In this document: in pieces, positions 27,991 to 39,404 of the stretch
Layout: each line of letters begins with the position of its first letter
Numbering within the stretch: the first letter of the stretch is position 1
Source of the DNA: an uncultured Verrucomicrobiae bacterium
GTDB lineage: Bacteria; Verrucomicrobiota; Verrucomicrobiia; Chthoniobacterales; UBA10450
Length of the DNA: 64,000 nucleotides
Direction: 5' to 3'
Assembly: GCA_963735805.1 (NCBI GenBank)
Contig: CAVTMK010000002.1
Span: forward strand, 1,248,001-1,312,000
The notes under the pieces: generated by a model
What the model was told of the DNA's origin: nothing
What the model saw: the letters and a program-made list of their open reading frames with translations, nothing else
The model's database searches: none
Made by a program: the position numbers and the translations under genes

Positions 27991-28541
27991 CATTTTGGCC
28001 GCAACTCTCTTACAACCGTGTCCGTCTTTTTAAAGACTTCATCGACCGCGGCCGTCTGAACCACAAGTTCATGCCGATGATAATTGCCGTCCGCAAAGTA
28101 GTAAGCAAATGCTGTCGAATCCTTCGTCCGCAACCGCTGGATGGTCGAATTAGTTGGGATGTTGACCCATTGTGCCCCAGGAACCGCGATCCAGAGCAGC
28201 CTTAAGATCTCCAACTCCCACAGTTCTCGATAGGACTCGCTGTTTCTCGCCAAGAGCGACTCCGCCAGCGTGTGTAGCGCCCGGTAGTCGAATGCGACCG
28301 CTCTACCGTCTTTGAACAACGCCGTGATAATGAGATCATCGCTTTGGAACGTGCAGTTCTTGCCAACGTCTATGACGTTGTCATACGCGTTCGACTCCTT
28401 CGGCCCACCCGCACGATCCGGACGGCATGGTCCGTAACGTCGGATTAAATCTTCCTTACTCTGGCCAATCTGCGATAGCCCCTGATGCGTAAAACAAAGC
28501 AACAAACAGCTGATATAGCCGAAGCTCAACGAACGGCGCAT
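27990..28541 (-). CDS. Hypothetical secreted protein (cassette)
   Basis: Signal peptide, QIGQSKEDLIRRYGP. Confidence 0.72.
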   Translation of the reverse strand: MRRSLSFGYISCLLLCFTHQGLSQIGQSKEDLIRRYGPCRPDRAGGPKESNAYDNVIDVGKNCTFQSDDLIITALFKDGRAVAFDYRALHTLAESLLARNSESYRELWELEILRLLWIAVPGAQWVNIPTNSTIQRLRTKDSTAFAYYFADGNYHRHELVVQTAAVDEVFKKTDTVVRELRPK

Positions 28542-28543
28542 AG

Positions 28544-28639
28544 ACCTAACGAGAATTAGATAAGCCACGGCAGGGTGTCGTGGCAAACGCACTGGACTCA
28601 TTTCGCAGTGGGGCTGTTGGCTTCATCGTTTGGTTAGAT
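28544..28639 (-). repeat. Family-A attC (96 bp, no insert)
   Basis: acctaac-gagaatta-gataagcc ... ggcttcatc-gtttg-gttagat. Confidence 0.9.
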
Positions 28640-28649
28640 GCAAAACCGT

Positions 28650-28913
28650 TCAATCTGCCGAAGAATTCCCATCCGGTTCTCTTCTCTTGCGCATCGCATC
28701 CGCGACGAGAACTGCTGCGAGAACAAAACAAATGACGGCAACGACTACCGCCTGCCACGGATCCATCCAGGCAGCCTTTCCCGCGGGTGGGTAGCGTGGA
28801 ACGAGTACCGTGTGATGCAGGAACGCAAAGCGCGCACGCCAAAGTATGTGAAGCCCGAATAACGCCAAGAGGATTCCGCCAACGAACTGACTGCGGCCAA
28901 GCTTCGCGCTCAT
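28650..28913 (-). CDS. Small two-TM hypothetical protein (cassette)
   Basis: ORF fills the cassette, and both core sites read gttagatgca. Confidence 0.7.
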   Translation of the reverse strand: MSAKLGRSQFVGGILLALFGLHILWRARFAFLHHTVLVPRYPPAGKAAWMDPWQAVVVAVICFVLAAVLVADAMRKRREPDGNSSAD

Positions 28914-28915
28914 GC

Positions 28916-29039
28916 ATCTAACGAGACAGAGCTCAGCCACCGCTGGCGGGAGCGAGCTTTGCTGCGGAGTTTAATGTCGAAGTCATGGAAAAACTAGTCA
29001 TCGGAGCGGCCAGCGGTTGGCTGGAGCGATTGGTTAGGT
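28916..29039 (-). repeat. attC
   Basis: atctaac-N8-gctcagcc ... ggctggagc-N5-gttaggt. Confidence 0.9.
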
Positions 29040-29043
29040 TTCA

Positions 29044-29424
29044 TCATAACGTGAATCGCACAGGCAGCTTAATGAGCGTTTCCTGTTTAGTGAGTGGCGG
29101 ATTTAGCTTAAGAGATCTGTTGTTCCAGTATGAGAGCGATTCAGGTTTAAACCGCCACTCGCGCAAAGCCTTCACTGCTGCGGCGTCCAAAAACCTATCG
29201 CCAGTCGAGCGAGCAATAATAACGTCTACTACACGACCGGTTGAAATCCGAGTACGCAGGAGGAAAAGGCCCGCACCAGAGGAATGGCGATACTGCGCAC
29301 CGAGTGGATAAGTCGGGTACGGGGCGTAAATCGCTACTGCCTTCGGCTCAGGCTGCGCACCTATCGCGTTTTTGGACACGGTCACTATGACTAACAACAG
29401 CGAAAGGACCAGTCGCAGTGTCAT
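29044..29424 (-). CDS. TonB C-terminal domain protein (cassette)
   Basis: PYPTYP..G..GRV..STG..LDAAAVKALREWRFKP..PVRF. Confidence 0.85.
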   Translation of the reverse strand: MTLRLVLSLLLVIVTVSKNAIGAQPEPKAVAIYAPYPTYPLGAQYRHSSGAGLFLLRTRISTGRVVDVIIARSTGDRFLDAAAVKALREWRFKPESLSYWNNRSLKLNPPLTKQETLIKLPVRFTL

Positions 29425-29426
29425 AG

Positions 29427-29523
29427 ACCTAACGAGAAAGAGATAAGCCACGGCAGGGTGTCGTGGCAAGCACGCTGAACGTCATTTCGCCAAGGGGCCG
29501 TTGGCTTCATCGATTGGTTAGAC
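29427..29523 (-). repeat. Family-A attC (97 bp, no insert) of the first cassette
   Basis: Top strand GTCTAAC-CAATC-GATGAAGC...GCTTATC-TCTTTCTC-GTTAGGT. Confidence 0.92.
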
Positions 29524-30060
29524 CTAGTGGCTTTCCATGCGCGGTAGATCATCATAATCAGTTCGCTGATAATACACATACCAATCGCCTTCAATCGGAA
29601 CCAGGTAGACGTCGTCATGACCGGGGTCTTTATCCAAGTTCTTGACGATCTGGCCGACTCTACTGGGAACTGCTGTCAGGAACTCAATCCCCTTCTCCCA
29701 CCCAGGTCCAATTGACAAGCCAACACCCCCATGAGCACTCGAAAATGCGACCCCAGACCAACCGAAGCCCATTCGCATCTTCGGATCTATCTGCGAAAGC
29801 AGACGAGAGTATTCCGAGCGGCGCGCAACGGGAAGGCTCTCGGCTTCACTGTTCGATGCGATCGTTGCGTCTTCGGTTGCCATCTTCACGAGCGCCTCGA
29901 ACGTCTTGCGATGGGCATGAAATGAATCAATCAAGGCACGATCTGTCGGCATTACGGGTGGGAACAGTCTCGGGTATTCCCATACGAATAAGCCAACCAA
30001 TGCGGCAGCGAGCATCGCCACCGCAACAACTAGAGGCTTGCGCGTGACGAAACGTCGCAT
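29524..30060 (-). CDS. Hypothetical membrane-anchored protein (first cassette)
   Basis: ORF from attI to the first attC, N-terminal TM, IEGDWYVYY. Confidence 0.78.
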   Translation of the reverse strand: MRRFVTRKPLVVAVAMLAAALVGLFVWEYPRLFPPVMPTDRALIDSFHAHRKTFEALVKMATEDATIASNSEAESLPVARRSEYSRLLSQIDPKMRMGFGWSGVAFSSAHGGVGLSIGPGWEKGIEFLTAVPSRVGQIVKNLDKDPGHDDVYLVPIEGDWYVYYQRTDYDDLPRMESH

Positions 30061-30063
30061 CAG

Positions 30064-30082
30064 GTCTAACTATGATTAGGCG
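30064..30082 (-). mobile_element. attI recombination site
   Basis: CGCCTAA-TCATA-GTTAGAC between intI and the first cassette, with no attC hairpin. Confidence 0.8.
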
Positions 30083-30193
30083 AAAGTTCGTAAAACATCA
30101 CGAATTATTTTTCGTCTAATTCTACGTTGCATTCGCTGCCTGATTTCGTTAAAAGTTTCCGTCGTAGTTCGGAAGAGATCGGAGAGTTTTTAA

Positions 30194-31180
30194 TTGAGCG
30201 CAATTCCAGCAAATGCTGCAGCCGGTCGCAAGCCGAAATTTCTTGATCAACTGCGTGCATTTATGCGCGCACGGCACTACAGCCGGCGCACCGAGCAGGC
30301 TTATGTCGATTGGGTCCGCCGCTTCATTCTCTTTCACTCCAAGCAGCATCCCCGCGAACTGGCCGAAGCAGAGGTTACTGAGTTTCTCACTCACCTGGCC
30401 CTCCAGCGCAATGTATCTGCTTCGACCCAGAACCAGGCTTTCTGTGCACTGTTGTTTTTATACCAACAATTTCTTGAGAAAAAGTTGGGGCGACTGGATG
30501 GCGCATTGCGGGCGAGCAAGCCCGCGCGGCTGCCGGTCGTGTTGAGCCGTGAAGAAGTGCGAACGGTTCTCGGACATGTTCGCCCGCCGTATCGGCTGAT
30601 GATGGAATTGATCTACGGCAGCGGCCTTCGACTATTGGAATGTCTCCGATTGCGAATCAAGGACGTCGATTTTGATTACGGGCGAATCATCGTGCGCGAC
30701 GGCAAAGGCATGAAGGATCGGGTGACGATGCTTCCCGGACGATTGCGTCGGCCCCTGAAAGAGCATTTGGCGCATGCCAAAGCAGTGCATGAACGGGATC
30801 TGCAGTTAGGATTTGGCTCGGTATATCTGCCAGACGCCCTGGGGAGGAAATATCCCAACGCGCACCGCTCCTGGATATGGCAATACGTTTTTCCTGCCGC
30901 AAAAAGATCGGTCGACCCGGTAAGTGGCCGGGTGCAGCGGCACCATTTGTTGGAAAAAAATTTGCAGAACGCTGTGGCGCGGGCGGTGCGAGCGGCAGGA
31001 ATTACGAAGCCGGCAAGCTGTCACACGTTCCGTCATTCTTTTGCGACACATCTGCTCGAAGACGGTTACGATATTCGAACCGTGCAGGAGTTGCTTGGTC
31101 ATAAAGACGTGAGCACGACCATGGTTTACACGCACGTGCTCAGCAAGCCGGGCATCGGCGTAAAGAGTCCGCTGGACTGA
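30194..31180 (+). CDS. intI: Integron integrase (tyrosine recombinase)
   Basis: [36 protein letters not shown] and the IntI-specific segment [16 protein letters not shown]. Confidence 0.97.
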   Translation: MSAIPANAAAGRKPKFLDQLRAFMRARHYSRRTEQAYVDWVRRFILFHSKQHPRELAEAEVTEFLTHLALQRNVSASTQNQAFCALLFLYQQFLEKKLGRLDGALRASKPARLPVVLSREEVRTVLGHVRPPYRLMMELIYGSGLRLLECLRLRIKDVDFDYGRIIVRDGKGMKDRVTMLPGRLRRPLKEHLAHAKAVHERDLQLGFGSVYLPDALGRKYPNAHRSWIWQYVFPAAKRSVDPVSGRVQRHHLLEKNLQNAVARAVRAAGITKPASCHTFRHSFATHLLEDGYDIRTVQELLGHKDVSTTMVYTHVLSKPGIGVKSPLD

Positions 31181-31237
31181 AATCTCGGTAATAACGAGGC
31201 ACGTCCGCTTCCCGGAATTATGCCAGCGCGCCCGCGA

Positions 31238-32659
31238 TCACACGTCGTAATACATGGCGAACTCATAGGGGTGAGGTCGCAGTCGCAGGGCGTCGTATTC
31301 CTTTTGTTTCATGTCGACCCAGTTCGCGATGAACTCTTCGTTGAAGACGTCGCCGCGTAACAGGAAGGAATGATCGGCCTGGAGCGCTTCAATGGCGCCG
31401 CGAAGTGAATCGGGAACACTGGCCACCTGCGCGAGTTCTTCCGGCGGCAGTTCGTAGAGATTTTTGTCGAGCGGATCGCCGGGGTCCATGCGGTTCTGGA
31501 TTCCGTCGAGACCAGCAAGAAGCATCGCCGAGAAGGCGAGATATGGATTTGCAGCAGCGTCCGGTGTGCGAAATTCGATGCGCTTTGCCTTTGGACTCGG
31601 CGAATAGGTCGGGATCCGTATCGCGGCGGAACGATTACGCGCGGAATACGCCAGATTCACCGGAGCTTCAAACCCGGGGACGAGCCTTTTGTAGCTGTTC
31701 GTGGTTGGATTCGTCAGGCAGGTGAGGGCAGGCGCATGTTTCAAAATTCCGCCGATGAAAAACAGCGCCAGCTCCGACAGGCCAGCGTAACCGTTCCCGG
31801 CAAAGAGCGGTTTCTCGTCTTTCCAAAGCGAAATGTGTGTGTGCATGCCCGATCCGTTGTCGCCGAAGATCGGTTTCGGCATGAACGTCACGGTTTTATT
31901 GTGGCGTTTGCCGACGTTGCGCAGGATGTATTTGTAATACTGCATGTTGTCACCCATGCGTTTGAGCGGCGCGAAACGAATATCGATCTCAGCCTGACCG
32001 GCAGTTGCGACTTCGTGATGTTGGCGCTCAATCGGGACGCCGGCTTTCTCCAGTTCCAGACACATTTCGTTGCGAATGTCTTGCAGCGAATCCATCGGCG
32101 AGACGGGGAAATAACCTTCCTTCGGCCGAATCTTGTAACCGAGGTTTGGAAATTCTTCGCGAGCGCTGTTCCAATGTCCTTCGACGCTATCGACCATGTA
32201 TGACGCCGCGTTGCCGCTATTGGCAAATCGCACATCGTCAAAAATAAAAAATTCCGCTTCCGGTCCGATAAAGGCGGTATCGGCGATGCCGGTCGATTTG
32301 AGATAAGCCTCCGCTTTTTCGGCAACACCGCGCGGGTCGCGATCGTACGGTTGGCGAGTGATCGGATCGACGATGGTGCAGATGAGACTCAACGTCGGTT
32401 CGGCATTGAAAACGTCGATCCAGGCGGTCGTCGCATCCGGAATGACGAGCATGTCCGAGGCGTTGATGACGCGCCAGCCGCGGATGCTCGATCCGTCGAA
32501 GCCGAGACCATCAGTGAAAATTTCCTCGTTGTATTCGGTAAGCGTAGTCGTGAAATGCTGCCAGGTACCGAGCAAATCGGTGAACTTGAAGTCGATCAAC
32601 TTCACGTTGCTCTCTTTGATCATTTTGCTGACGTCGGAAGGAGTTTTGTCTTTGGCCAT
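31238..32659 (-). CDS. glnA: Glutamine synthetase type I
   Basis: [32 protein letters not shown]. Confidence 0.98.
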   Translation of the reverse strand: MAKDKTPSDVSKMIKESNVKLIDFKFTDLLGTWQHFTTTLTEYNEEIFTDGLGFDGSSIRGWRVINASDMLVIPDATTAWIDVFNAEPTLSLICTIVDPITRQPYDRDPRGVAEKAEAYLKSTGIADTAFIGPEAEFFIFDDVRFANSGNAASYMVDSVEGHWNSAREEFPNLGYKIRPKEGYFPVSPMDSLQDIRNEMCLELEKAGVPIERQHHEVATAGQAEIDIRFAPLKRMGDNMQYYKYILRNVGKRHNKTVTFMPKPIFGDNGSGMHTHISLWKDEKPLFAGNGYAGLSELALFFIGGILKHAPALTCLTNPTTNSYKRLVPGFEAPVNLAYSARNRSAAIRIPTYSPSPKAKRIEFRTPDAAANPYLAFSAMLLAGLDGIQNRMDPGDPLDKNLYELPPEELAQVASVPDSLRGAIEALQADHSFLLRGDVFNEEFIANWVDMKQKEYDALRLRPHPYEFAMYYDV

Positions 32660-32667
32660 TGTTTTGT

Positions 32668-32770
32668 GTTGAAGGGTTGAAGCGTTGAACCGTTAAAAAG
32701 TTAAAACCGTTAAATGCTTAACCGTCAAATTCCCGAACCGCTTCACGCTTTAACGTTTCAACGGTTCAAC
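32668..32770. repeat. Degenerate 8-mer tandem repeats in inverted arrangement
   Basis: gttgaagg gttgaagc gttgaacc gttaaaaa ... ctttaacg tttcaacg gttcaacc. Confidence 0.7.
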
Positions 32771-32789
32771 CGACGGCGCGGAACGCCTG

Positions 32790-33140
<351 letters not shown>

Positions 33141-33345
33141 TCAGCATTGCACGGTCTCTCGCAATCGAAACCTAAACGCAGCACGCGCTCTCTTAGCAAT
33201 GCCGCGATGCGATTGCAAGCACGGTTTTTTTGAGCACGTAATTCGCGATTTGCGAACGGTGAATTCGAAAAACGATGTAACGATTTTACGATTTACGATT
33301 CACGAACTCTTGCCGCATCCGGCCGCACATTTATAGTGAGCGTAC

Positions 33346-36300
33346 ATGCCTCGCGACTCTTTCGTTCACCTCCATTTGCACACTGAATACTCGCTGCTGG
33401 ACGGTGCCATCCGGATGAAAGAGCTGATGAAAAAGGCGGTCGAATTCAAAATGCCCGCCGTCGCAATCACCGATCACGGCAATTTGTTCGGAGCGATTGA
33501 ATTTTTCCAGGAAGCCCAGCGCGCCGGAGTAAAGCCGATCATCGGTTGCGAGGCTTATATCGCGCCAGGATCGCATAAAGACCGGCCGGGATCGCGGCGC
33601 GACGCAGCGTATCACTTCACTCTATTGGCGGAAAACGAGACTGGTTACCGAAACCTGGTGAAGCTGATCACGACCGCGCACCTGGACGGGTTTCATTATG
33701 CGCCGAGAATCGATAAGGAGCTCCTCGCGGCGCGATCTGAGGGTCTGATCGGGTTGAGTGGCTGCCTGGCAGGCGAAATCAACAGCGCTATCCAGGCAAA
33801 CAATATCGAGAAGGCAAAACAGAGCGCGGCCGAATACCGCGACATTCTCGGCGCGAAAAATTTCTTTATCGAATTGCACGATCACGGAATCGAAGAACAG
33901 CGCATGTGCATGACCGCCCTGCCGCAAATTGCGCGCGACATCGGCGTCGGAATGGTTGCGGCGAACGATGTTCACTTTCTACGACGGAGCGATCATCAGG
34001 CGCATGATGTGATGCTCTGCATCGGCACAGGCAAAATGGTGCAGGACGAAAACCGGATGCGTTACGTTCCGGAGCTGTTTTTCAAATCCCCGGCCGAAAT
34101 GCGCGAGTTGTTTCGAGATTTTCCCGAAGCGATCGCGAATACCCTAGAGATTGGCGAACGCTGTCAGGTCGATCTGGAGTTTGGGCGCTCCAAGTATCCG
34201 GAATATCCAGCCCCGCCCGGGAAAACGCGCGAACAATATTTGCACGAACTTTGTTACGACGGTTTACGGCAGCGCTACGGCGAGCGCGCAGCGAACGATC
34301 CGGAGCTGGCTCAACGGCTCGATTACGAGTTAGGTGTTTTCGAAAAAACCGGCTTCGTCAGCTATCTGCTCATTGTTTGGGACTTCATTCATTTTGCGAA
34401 ACAGAAAAGTATTCCCGTAGGTCCCGGACGCGGCTCGGCTGCGGGTTCGATAGTTGCTTACGTTCTGGGAATCACTGACATCGATCCACTTCAGTTCGGA
34501 CTGCTTTTCGAGCGGTTTTTAAATCCGGACCGTGTTTCGCCGCCGGATATCGACGTTGATTTTTGCGAAGCGCGTCGCAGCGAAGTGCTCGAATACGTGC
34601 GGCAGAAATATGGTGACCGCCGCGTCGCGCAGATCATCACGTTTGGCAAGCTCAAGGCGAAAAGTGTTGTTCGCGATGTCGGGCGAGTGATGGGGTGGAG
34701 CTACCGCGATGCGGATCGCATTGCCAAGATGATTCCAAATGAGCTAAACATCACGCTCGATTCAGCCGTCGAAAAAAATCCGGAACTGAAACGAGCCGTA
34801 TCCACTGAGGCCCAGACACGGCAGCTGTTTGATTACGCAAAAGTTCTGGAAGGCTTGTCGCGCAATGCCGGTGTGCATGCCGCCGGAGTGGTGATCGCCG
34901 ATCGGGACCTGTCTGATTACATCCCTCTCTGCCGTGACGTGAAAGGCAACGACGTGATCAGCCAGTACGCCATGGGACCGCTTAACGATCTGGGCCTGCT
35001 GAAAATGGATTTCCTCGGACTGAAAACGCTCACAGTCATTGAGGACACGCTGGCTCTGATTCATCAGCGCGACCCAAACTTTTCCGTAAAGGACATTCCA
35101 CTGGATGACGCAGCCGCGTTTGCGCTCTATAACCGCGGCGAAACGATCGGCCTGTTCCAGATGGAATCTGGCGGGATGACCAACTTGTCGAAGCAGTTCG
35201 ACGTAAAGAAGCTCGACGACATCATCGCGTTGATTGCCCTTTACCGGCCCGGGCCAATGGAACTCATCCCCGAATACGTGAAAGCGAAAAAAGGGGTTAC
35301 GCCGATCAAATATCTGCATCCGCTCCTCGAAAGTATCTGCGCCGAGACCTATGGCGTGATGATTTACCAGGAACAGGTAATGGCCGCGGCTAGTAAACTA
35401 GGCGGTTACTCACTTGCCCAAGCCGATCTTCTCCGGCGCGCCATGGGCAAGAAAGACAAGGAGAAGATGGCGAAAGAGAGGAAAAATTTCATCGAAGGCT
35501 GCGCTCGGACAAACAAGATTCCCGAGAAAAAAGCGAATGCGATTTTCGATTTGCTGGAAAAATTCGCAGGTTACGGATTCAACAAGAGTCACAGCGCAGC
35601 CTACGGAGTGATCAGTTATCAGACTGCCTATCTCAAAGCGCATTATCCGGTGGAATTCATGGCGGGTTTGCTGAGCAACGAAATCAATAACACAGACAAA
35701 ATTTCTGTTTTCGTCGGCGAATGCAGACGAATGGGTATTTCCATTTTGCCACCCGATATTAACCAGAGCGGGTTGAAGTTTGTTCCTGCAACTGTAGCCG
35801 CGGGCGCCGACCGCGGTGCGATAGCGCCTTCACAGCCAGTCGGGGTCAGCGACCCCGGCAACAGCGGCTACAACGCGATTCGCTACGGGCTTGCCGCGAT
35901 CAAACATGTCGGTGAAACAGCCATGGAAGCGGCAATTAGCGAACGCGAAGAACGAGGTGATTTCACTTCCCTGGAGGACTTCTGCACCCGATTGGACTCA
36001 CGCGTTGCAGGCCGGAAGATGCTGGAGAGCCTGATCAAGGCCGGCGCATTTGATTTCCTGGGCCGCGATCGTTCCGAACTCTTTAGCTGTATTGATGACG
36101 CGGTCATGTCATCCGCTGCAGCGCAGCGCGACAAGATTGCTGGTCAGGTTTCGCTCTTTGATGAAGCAACGGCTTCCACAACTTCGAGGAAAAGGCAGGC
36201 TGTCCCCTGGAGCGAGCACGAAAAACTTTCCTATGAGAAAGAGCTGCTCGGTTTTTACGTTAGCGGCCATCCGCTTGATGCGTATGCGGATCTTTTCGCG

Positions 36301-36867
36301 GCGAAAAATTATCGATCGATTGCTTCATTAGGCGGACTGGATGATCGCGCCCCGTTCAAGATTGCCGGTGCGATTGTGGAGGTGGAGAAAAAGTTTACGC
36401 GGAAAGAAGGCAAGCCTTTCGCCGTGGTTTGGATCGAAGACCGGACGGATATGCTGGAAGTGGTGGTATGGAACGAAGTTTACCTGAAAGTTTCAAACGC
36501 CCTGGTGGCGGGGCGCGTTATCGAAATTAGAGGAACGCTGGATAAACGTGAAGAGGTTCTTCGCGCTGTGGCGCAGGATATCAGGACGCTCGCTGCGCGA
36601 AAGTCCAACGGGTCGACTGAAGAATCGGCAGACCGAAATCAGGAATCGGTGGTCATTTTGCAATTCTCGCCGGCGACAACGGAGGATGAACTACGCGAGG
36701 TGCGCAGGATTCTGGCCAGCTCGCCGGGCCGGCGTCGGGTGCGATTACTGTTTGACCGCACAAACGGCAATCCGTTGCGTCTTGACGTTGGTCCGGAATT
36801 TCGTGTGAATCTCACACGCGATCTCGAGGAGAAACTTTCGCCCTGGCTGGTAACGGCGCAATCGTAG
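33346..36867 (+). CDS. dnaE: DNA polymerase III alpha subunit
   Basis: [35 protein letters not shown]. Confidence 0.98.
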   Translation: MPRDSFVHLHLHTEYSLLDGAIRMKELMKKAVEFKMPAVAITDHGNLFGAIEFFQEAQRAGVKPIIGCEAYIAPGSHKDRPGSRRDAAYHFTLLAENETGYRNLVKLITTAHLDGFHYAPRIDKELLAARSEGLIGLSGCLAGEINSAIQANNIEKAKQSAAEYRDILGAKNFFIELHDHGIEEQRMCMTALPQIARDIGVGMVAANDVHFLRRSDHQAHDVMLCIGTGKMVQDENRMRYVPELFFKSPAEMRELFRDFPEAIANTLEIGERCQVDLEFGRSKYPEYPAPPGKTREQYLHELCYDGLRQRYGERAANDPELAQRLDYELGVFEKTGFVSYLLIVWDFIHFAKQKSIPVGPGRGSAAGSIVAYVLGITDIDPLQFGLLFERFLNPDRVSPPDIDVDFCEARRSEVLEYVRQKYGDRRVAQIITFGKLKAKSVVRDVGRVMGWSYRDADRIAKMIPNELNITLDSAVEKNPELKRAVSTEAQTRQLFDYAKVLEGLSRNAGVHAAGVVIADRDLSDYIPLCRDVKGNDVISQYAMGPLNDLGLLKMDFLGLKTLTVIEDTLALIHQRDPNFSVKDIPLDDAAAFALYNRGETIGLFQMESGGMTNLSKQFDVKKLDDIIALIALYRPGPMELIPEYVKAKKGVTPIKYLHPLLESICAETYGVMIYQEQVMAAASKLGGYSLAQADLLRRAMGKKDKEKMAKERKNFIEGCARTNKIPEKKANAIFDLLEKFAGYGFNKSHSAAYGVISYQTAYLKAHYPVEFMAGLLSNEINNTDKISVFVGECRRMGISILPPDINQSGLKFVPATVAAGADRGAIAPSQPVGVSDPGNSGYNAIRYGLAAIKHVGETAMEAAISEREERGDFTSLEDFCTRLDSRVAGRKMLESLIKAGAFDFLGRDRSELFSCIDDAVMSSAAAQRDKIAGQVSLFDEATASTTSRKRQAVPWSEHEKLSYEKELLGFYVSGHPLDAYADLFAAKNYRSIASLGGLDDRAPFKIAGAIVEVEKKFTRKEGKPFAVVWIEDRTDMLEVVVWNEVYLKVSNALVAGRVIEIRGTLDKREEVLRAVAQDIRTLAARKSNGSTEESADRNQESVVILQFSPATTEDELREVRRILASSPGRRRVRLLFDRTNGNPLRLDVGPEFRVNLTRDLEEKLSPWLVTAQS
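35793..35872. repeat. GTAG-type palindromic element inside dnaE
   Basis: tgtagccg...cggctaca ends, with internal ccgcgg..ccgcgg and cggggtcagcgaccccg hairpins. Confidence 0.7.
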
Positions 36868-36909
36868 CCGAGTTTCTGCGTCCGCCAACTTCGACGGTAG
36901 TCTTTCCTA

Positions 36910-39222
36910 TCATCTGTTTGTTCGTTTTCCCGGGCGAGGGGTTTGCGTGGGATGTGCCTCCGGCCTCGGAAGTACTCCCAGTACCAGGGTTGCTTGTTCC
37001 GGCCCAGGCTCCGAGAAACACAATGGAAATTCCCGGCTGACGCCGTTGGGATCTGGAGTGTAAAAGGGTTGAGCCACCGCACGCTCTTTCAAACTGATGG
37101 TCCAGCTCGATCGAAAGAGCGCTCCACGAAATTGCAACGCGTCGATCGAGGGCGCGAGAGTGAACGGCACCGCCGTCAATTCGATTTTCTCCGTGCAACC
37201 TATCGGGTACTGGGTCAGATCGAACGTCGGCATTGCTCCGGTCAATTTGATGATCACATCATTGGTATTCTGAAAATCGATTTCCCCGCTAAGAGAAAGA
37301 TCGGCGTCTTTGGTCGCGACATTGAGAAACTCTATTGTGCCGCGACTCCCTTCCAAAACGATGTGACCACTTGTTTCGGTGAGATTGAAAGGAGTCCCTC
37401 CTTTTCCGGTCAACTTTCCGTTCACCAGCTGGATGTCCCCATCTATGCGCGGACGTTGCAGTGTTTCGGAAAGCGAAATGTTTCCACTTAGAATGCCGTC
37501 ATGGAAGATTGGTGGGTGAAAAAGCTGAGGGGCGTTTGCGAGAAAGATGGATGGAAAGTTCAGTGTAACGTTCAGTGGAGCGATCCGAAGAGCGTTCCAA
37601 TCAGTGCCGATTCGCAAAGGAAAATTGGCTGTGACGCTTATCGGACTGGAATTAGGCATGTGAATCACGCCGCGTACATCCCACTTGCTGGAATCGATGG
37701 TTGCCTGAACATCAGCCGGAATTGGGTTTGCTTTTTCATTTGCTCCGCGGGGAACCGACAGATAATCGATCAGGTCATTCAATCTGGCTTCCAGCGTTCC
37801 TGAGTAGTTGTGCGCTTGCGAAAGATCGATTTTGCCTTGTCCGCTGAGAGAATCGTTTTTTCGCGTCATCGCTAATTGTTCGATCTCCAGTTGGTCCGGT
37901 TTCAAATTCAGTTTTGCGCTCAGATTGTCGATGGCGGTCTTAAAAAATGTGAGCGATGCGCCCTCGACCATGAGATGTCCGCCAAATTTGCGATCACGCG
38001 TGTCCATCGCTCCGTCAATCGTGATTTTGCCTGCAAAATCGCCGGCGTTCGCCCCAAAAAGAGCGGCAAAATCGCCTAACTGATCGATCGATGCGGAAAT
38101 GTTTCCGCGAAAATCCGGACTGAGCCACCCGGACGCATTTGAGGGAAATGCAGCTTCACCGCTTAAAGTGAACTGGTTTGTTTGCTGCTTTATATAGAGC
38201 TGCTGCAACTGAATCTGCCGATTATAGAGCGCGGCGCCGACCATCATCGCTTCAGCCGTCCGATTTCGCCAGGTGAGACCGGTCAATTCACTCCAAAGCG
38301 ACGCGGTCACCCTGTCCGGTTCGGCGAGATTTCCACGAAAAGTGAAATTACCAGCGTGGAGCAAACCGCTAACGCGATCTGCAAATCCGAATGCTTCCGA
38401 GGTTTGTTCCAAAGAGATGTCCGTAGCACCCCCGGCAATTTTCCAGTTGGAATGTTGAGAGCGCCACTCGTGTGAAATCGTTCCGCGAATTTTTCCACCG
38501 AACACGTCGGCATCGAATTGCAATCCCATGCGTTGGTTCCCCAGGCGCGACAAGTCTGCGGTAGCGAACTGCAGGTCGAGACCGTGTGTTAAAGTGACCC
38601 CGGCGATTGTCAGGTGATCGCCTTCCCAATGCGTTGCACCGCGCAGTTGCGAAAAAGTCTGATGAAACCATGGCGACGCGATCATGATCTCGGCAGCAGT
38701 GAAACGGCCCGCTTCAGCCTGATTCGCGGATAGAAATCCGTTTCGCAGTAAAACAGTGGTCGGCCCGGTTTCAATCCGCACCTCCGAGTTGGCAATCACC
38801 AGATTCTCCGGAAGCATTCTGTGCAACGTTGCCCAACCGCGCCGGGTTATCGCCCGCACAATCGGATTGCTTCTGCGCAGCTCGCCATGCAATTCTCGAA
38901 TCGACAGGTTGCGGATGGCACGGCCGCCTCCGTGCAGGAGGATATGTTTGAAATTCAAGTCGAACATTGCATCCGTCAGGGTGAGATCAACGCGGAGCGC
39001 GTCATCGTGCGCGGTTGTCAGGTGAAGCTGGCGGATTACAACGGGACGCAGAAACGGTGCATCGATCTTGTCGATGTTAACAGTGAAGCCTTCCTGCCTG
39101 GCTCTCCACCAGATCCACCAGCGAACACCATGGGAAACGGCTGATGGCGCGAACCAAACTGCCGCCAATGCCGCGAGCAGGAGAAACAAACCAACCAGGA
39201 TGAAGCGACTTTTCAGGGCCAT
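36910..39222 (-). CDS. AsmA/TamB-like large beta-rich membrane-anchored protein
   Basis: N-terminal TM and repeated alternating beta-strand pattern. Confidence 0.6.
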   Translation of the reverse strand: MALKSRFILVGLFLLLAALAAVWFAPSAVSHGVRWWIWWRARQEGFTVNIDKIDAPFLRPVVIRQLHLTTAHDDALRVDLTLTDAMFDLNFKHILLHGGGRAIRNLSIRELHGELRRSNPIVRAITRRGWATLHRMLPENLVIANSEVRIETGPTTVLLRNGFLSANQAEAGRFTAAEIMIASPWFHQTFSQLRGATHWEGDHLTIAGVTLTHGLDLQFATADLSRLGNQRMGLQFDADVFGGKIRGTISHEWRSQHSNWKIAGGATDISLEQTSEAFGFADRVSGLLHAGNFTFRGNLAEPDRVTASLWSELTGLTWRNRTAEAMMVGAALYNRQIQLQQLYIKQQTNQFTLSGEAAFPSNASGWLSPDFRGNISASIDQLGDFAALFGANAGDFAGKITIDGAMDTRDRKFGGHLMVEGASLTFFKTAIDNLSAKLNLKPDQLEIEQLAMTRKNDSLSGQGKIDLSQAHNYSGTLEARLNDLIDYLSVPRGANEKANPIPADVQATIDSSKWDVRGVIHMPNSSPISVTANFPLRIGTDWNALRIAPLNVTLNFPSIFLANAPQLFHPPIFHDGILSGNISLSETLQRPRIDGDIQLVNGKLTGKGGTPFNLTETSGHIVLEGSRGTIEFLNVATKDADLSLSGEIDFQNTNDVIIKLTGAMPTFDLTQYPIGCTEKIELTAVPFTLAPSIDALQFRGALFRSSWTISLKERAVAQPFYTPDPNGVSREFPLCFSEPGPEQATLVLGVLPRPEAHPTQTPRPGKRTNR

Positions 39223-39404
39223 TTAGATTGTTGTAGCAACGGCGAAACACCCGCCTTCGCTCGACGCACGGCGTGCCAGGCGAATGACGAATGGCCAGAC
39301 CGCGTTAAGGCGTTGAACCTTTGAACCGTGAATCCCGCGTAACAACGAAACGAATTACGAATCACGTGGCCGTTGTCGTAATTGAAGCTAATGATGCTCA
39401 TTCG

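Larger units (their letters stand above)
1344..31180. mobile_element. Chromosomal integron: intI, attI and a ~29 kb minus-strand cassette array (distal part degenerate, left boundary uncertain)
   Basis: IntI next to attI. Many co-oriented short ORFs separated by RYYYAAC...GTTRRRY imperfect inverted repeats. In many cassettes the 5' core and R'' match over 8-11 bp (e.g. gttagatgca, gttaggcgact, gttagacggc). Confidence 0.95.

Noticed and set aside
17178..29523. CRISPR array interpretation of the repeats
   Set aside because: The repeats are ~100-bp imperfect hairpins separated by whole genes, and there are no cas genes. They are attC sites.
30083..30193. Pc/Pint promoters and a LexA box
   Set aside because: Only weak matches (e.g. 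TTGCAT-N17-TAAAAG, AGTTC-N3-AAACA), not enough to call.
35640..35900. Intein in DnaE
   Set aside because: The insertion is only ~26 aa and lacks the C/S start and HN end of inteins.
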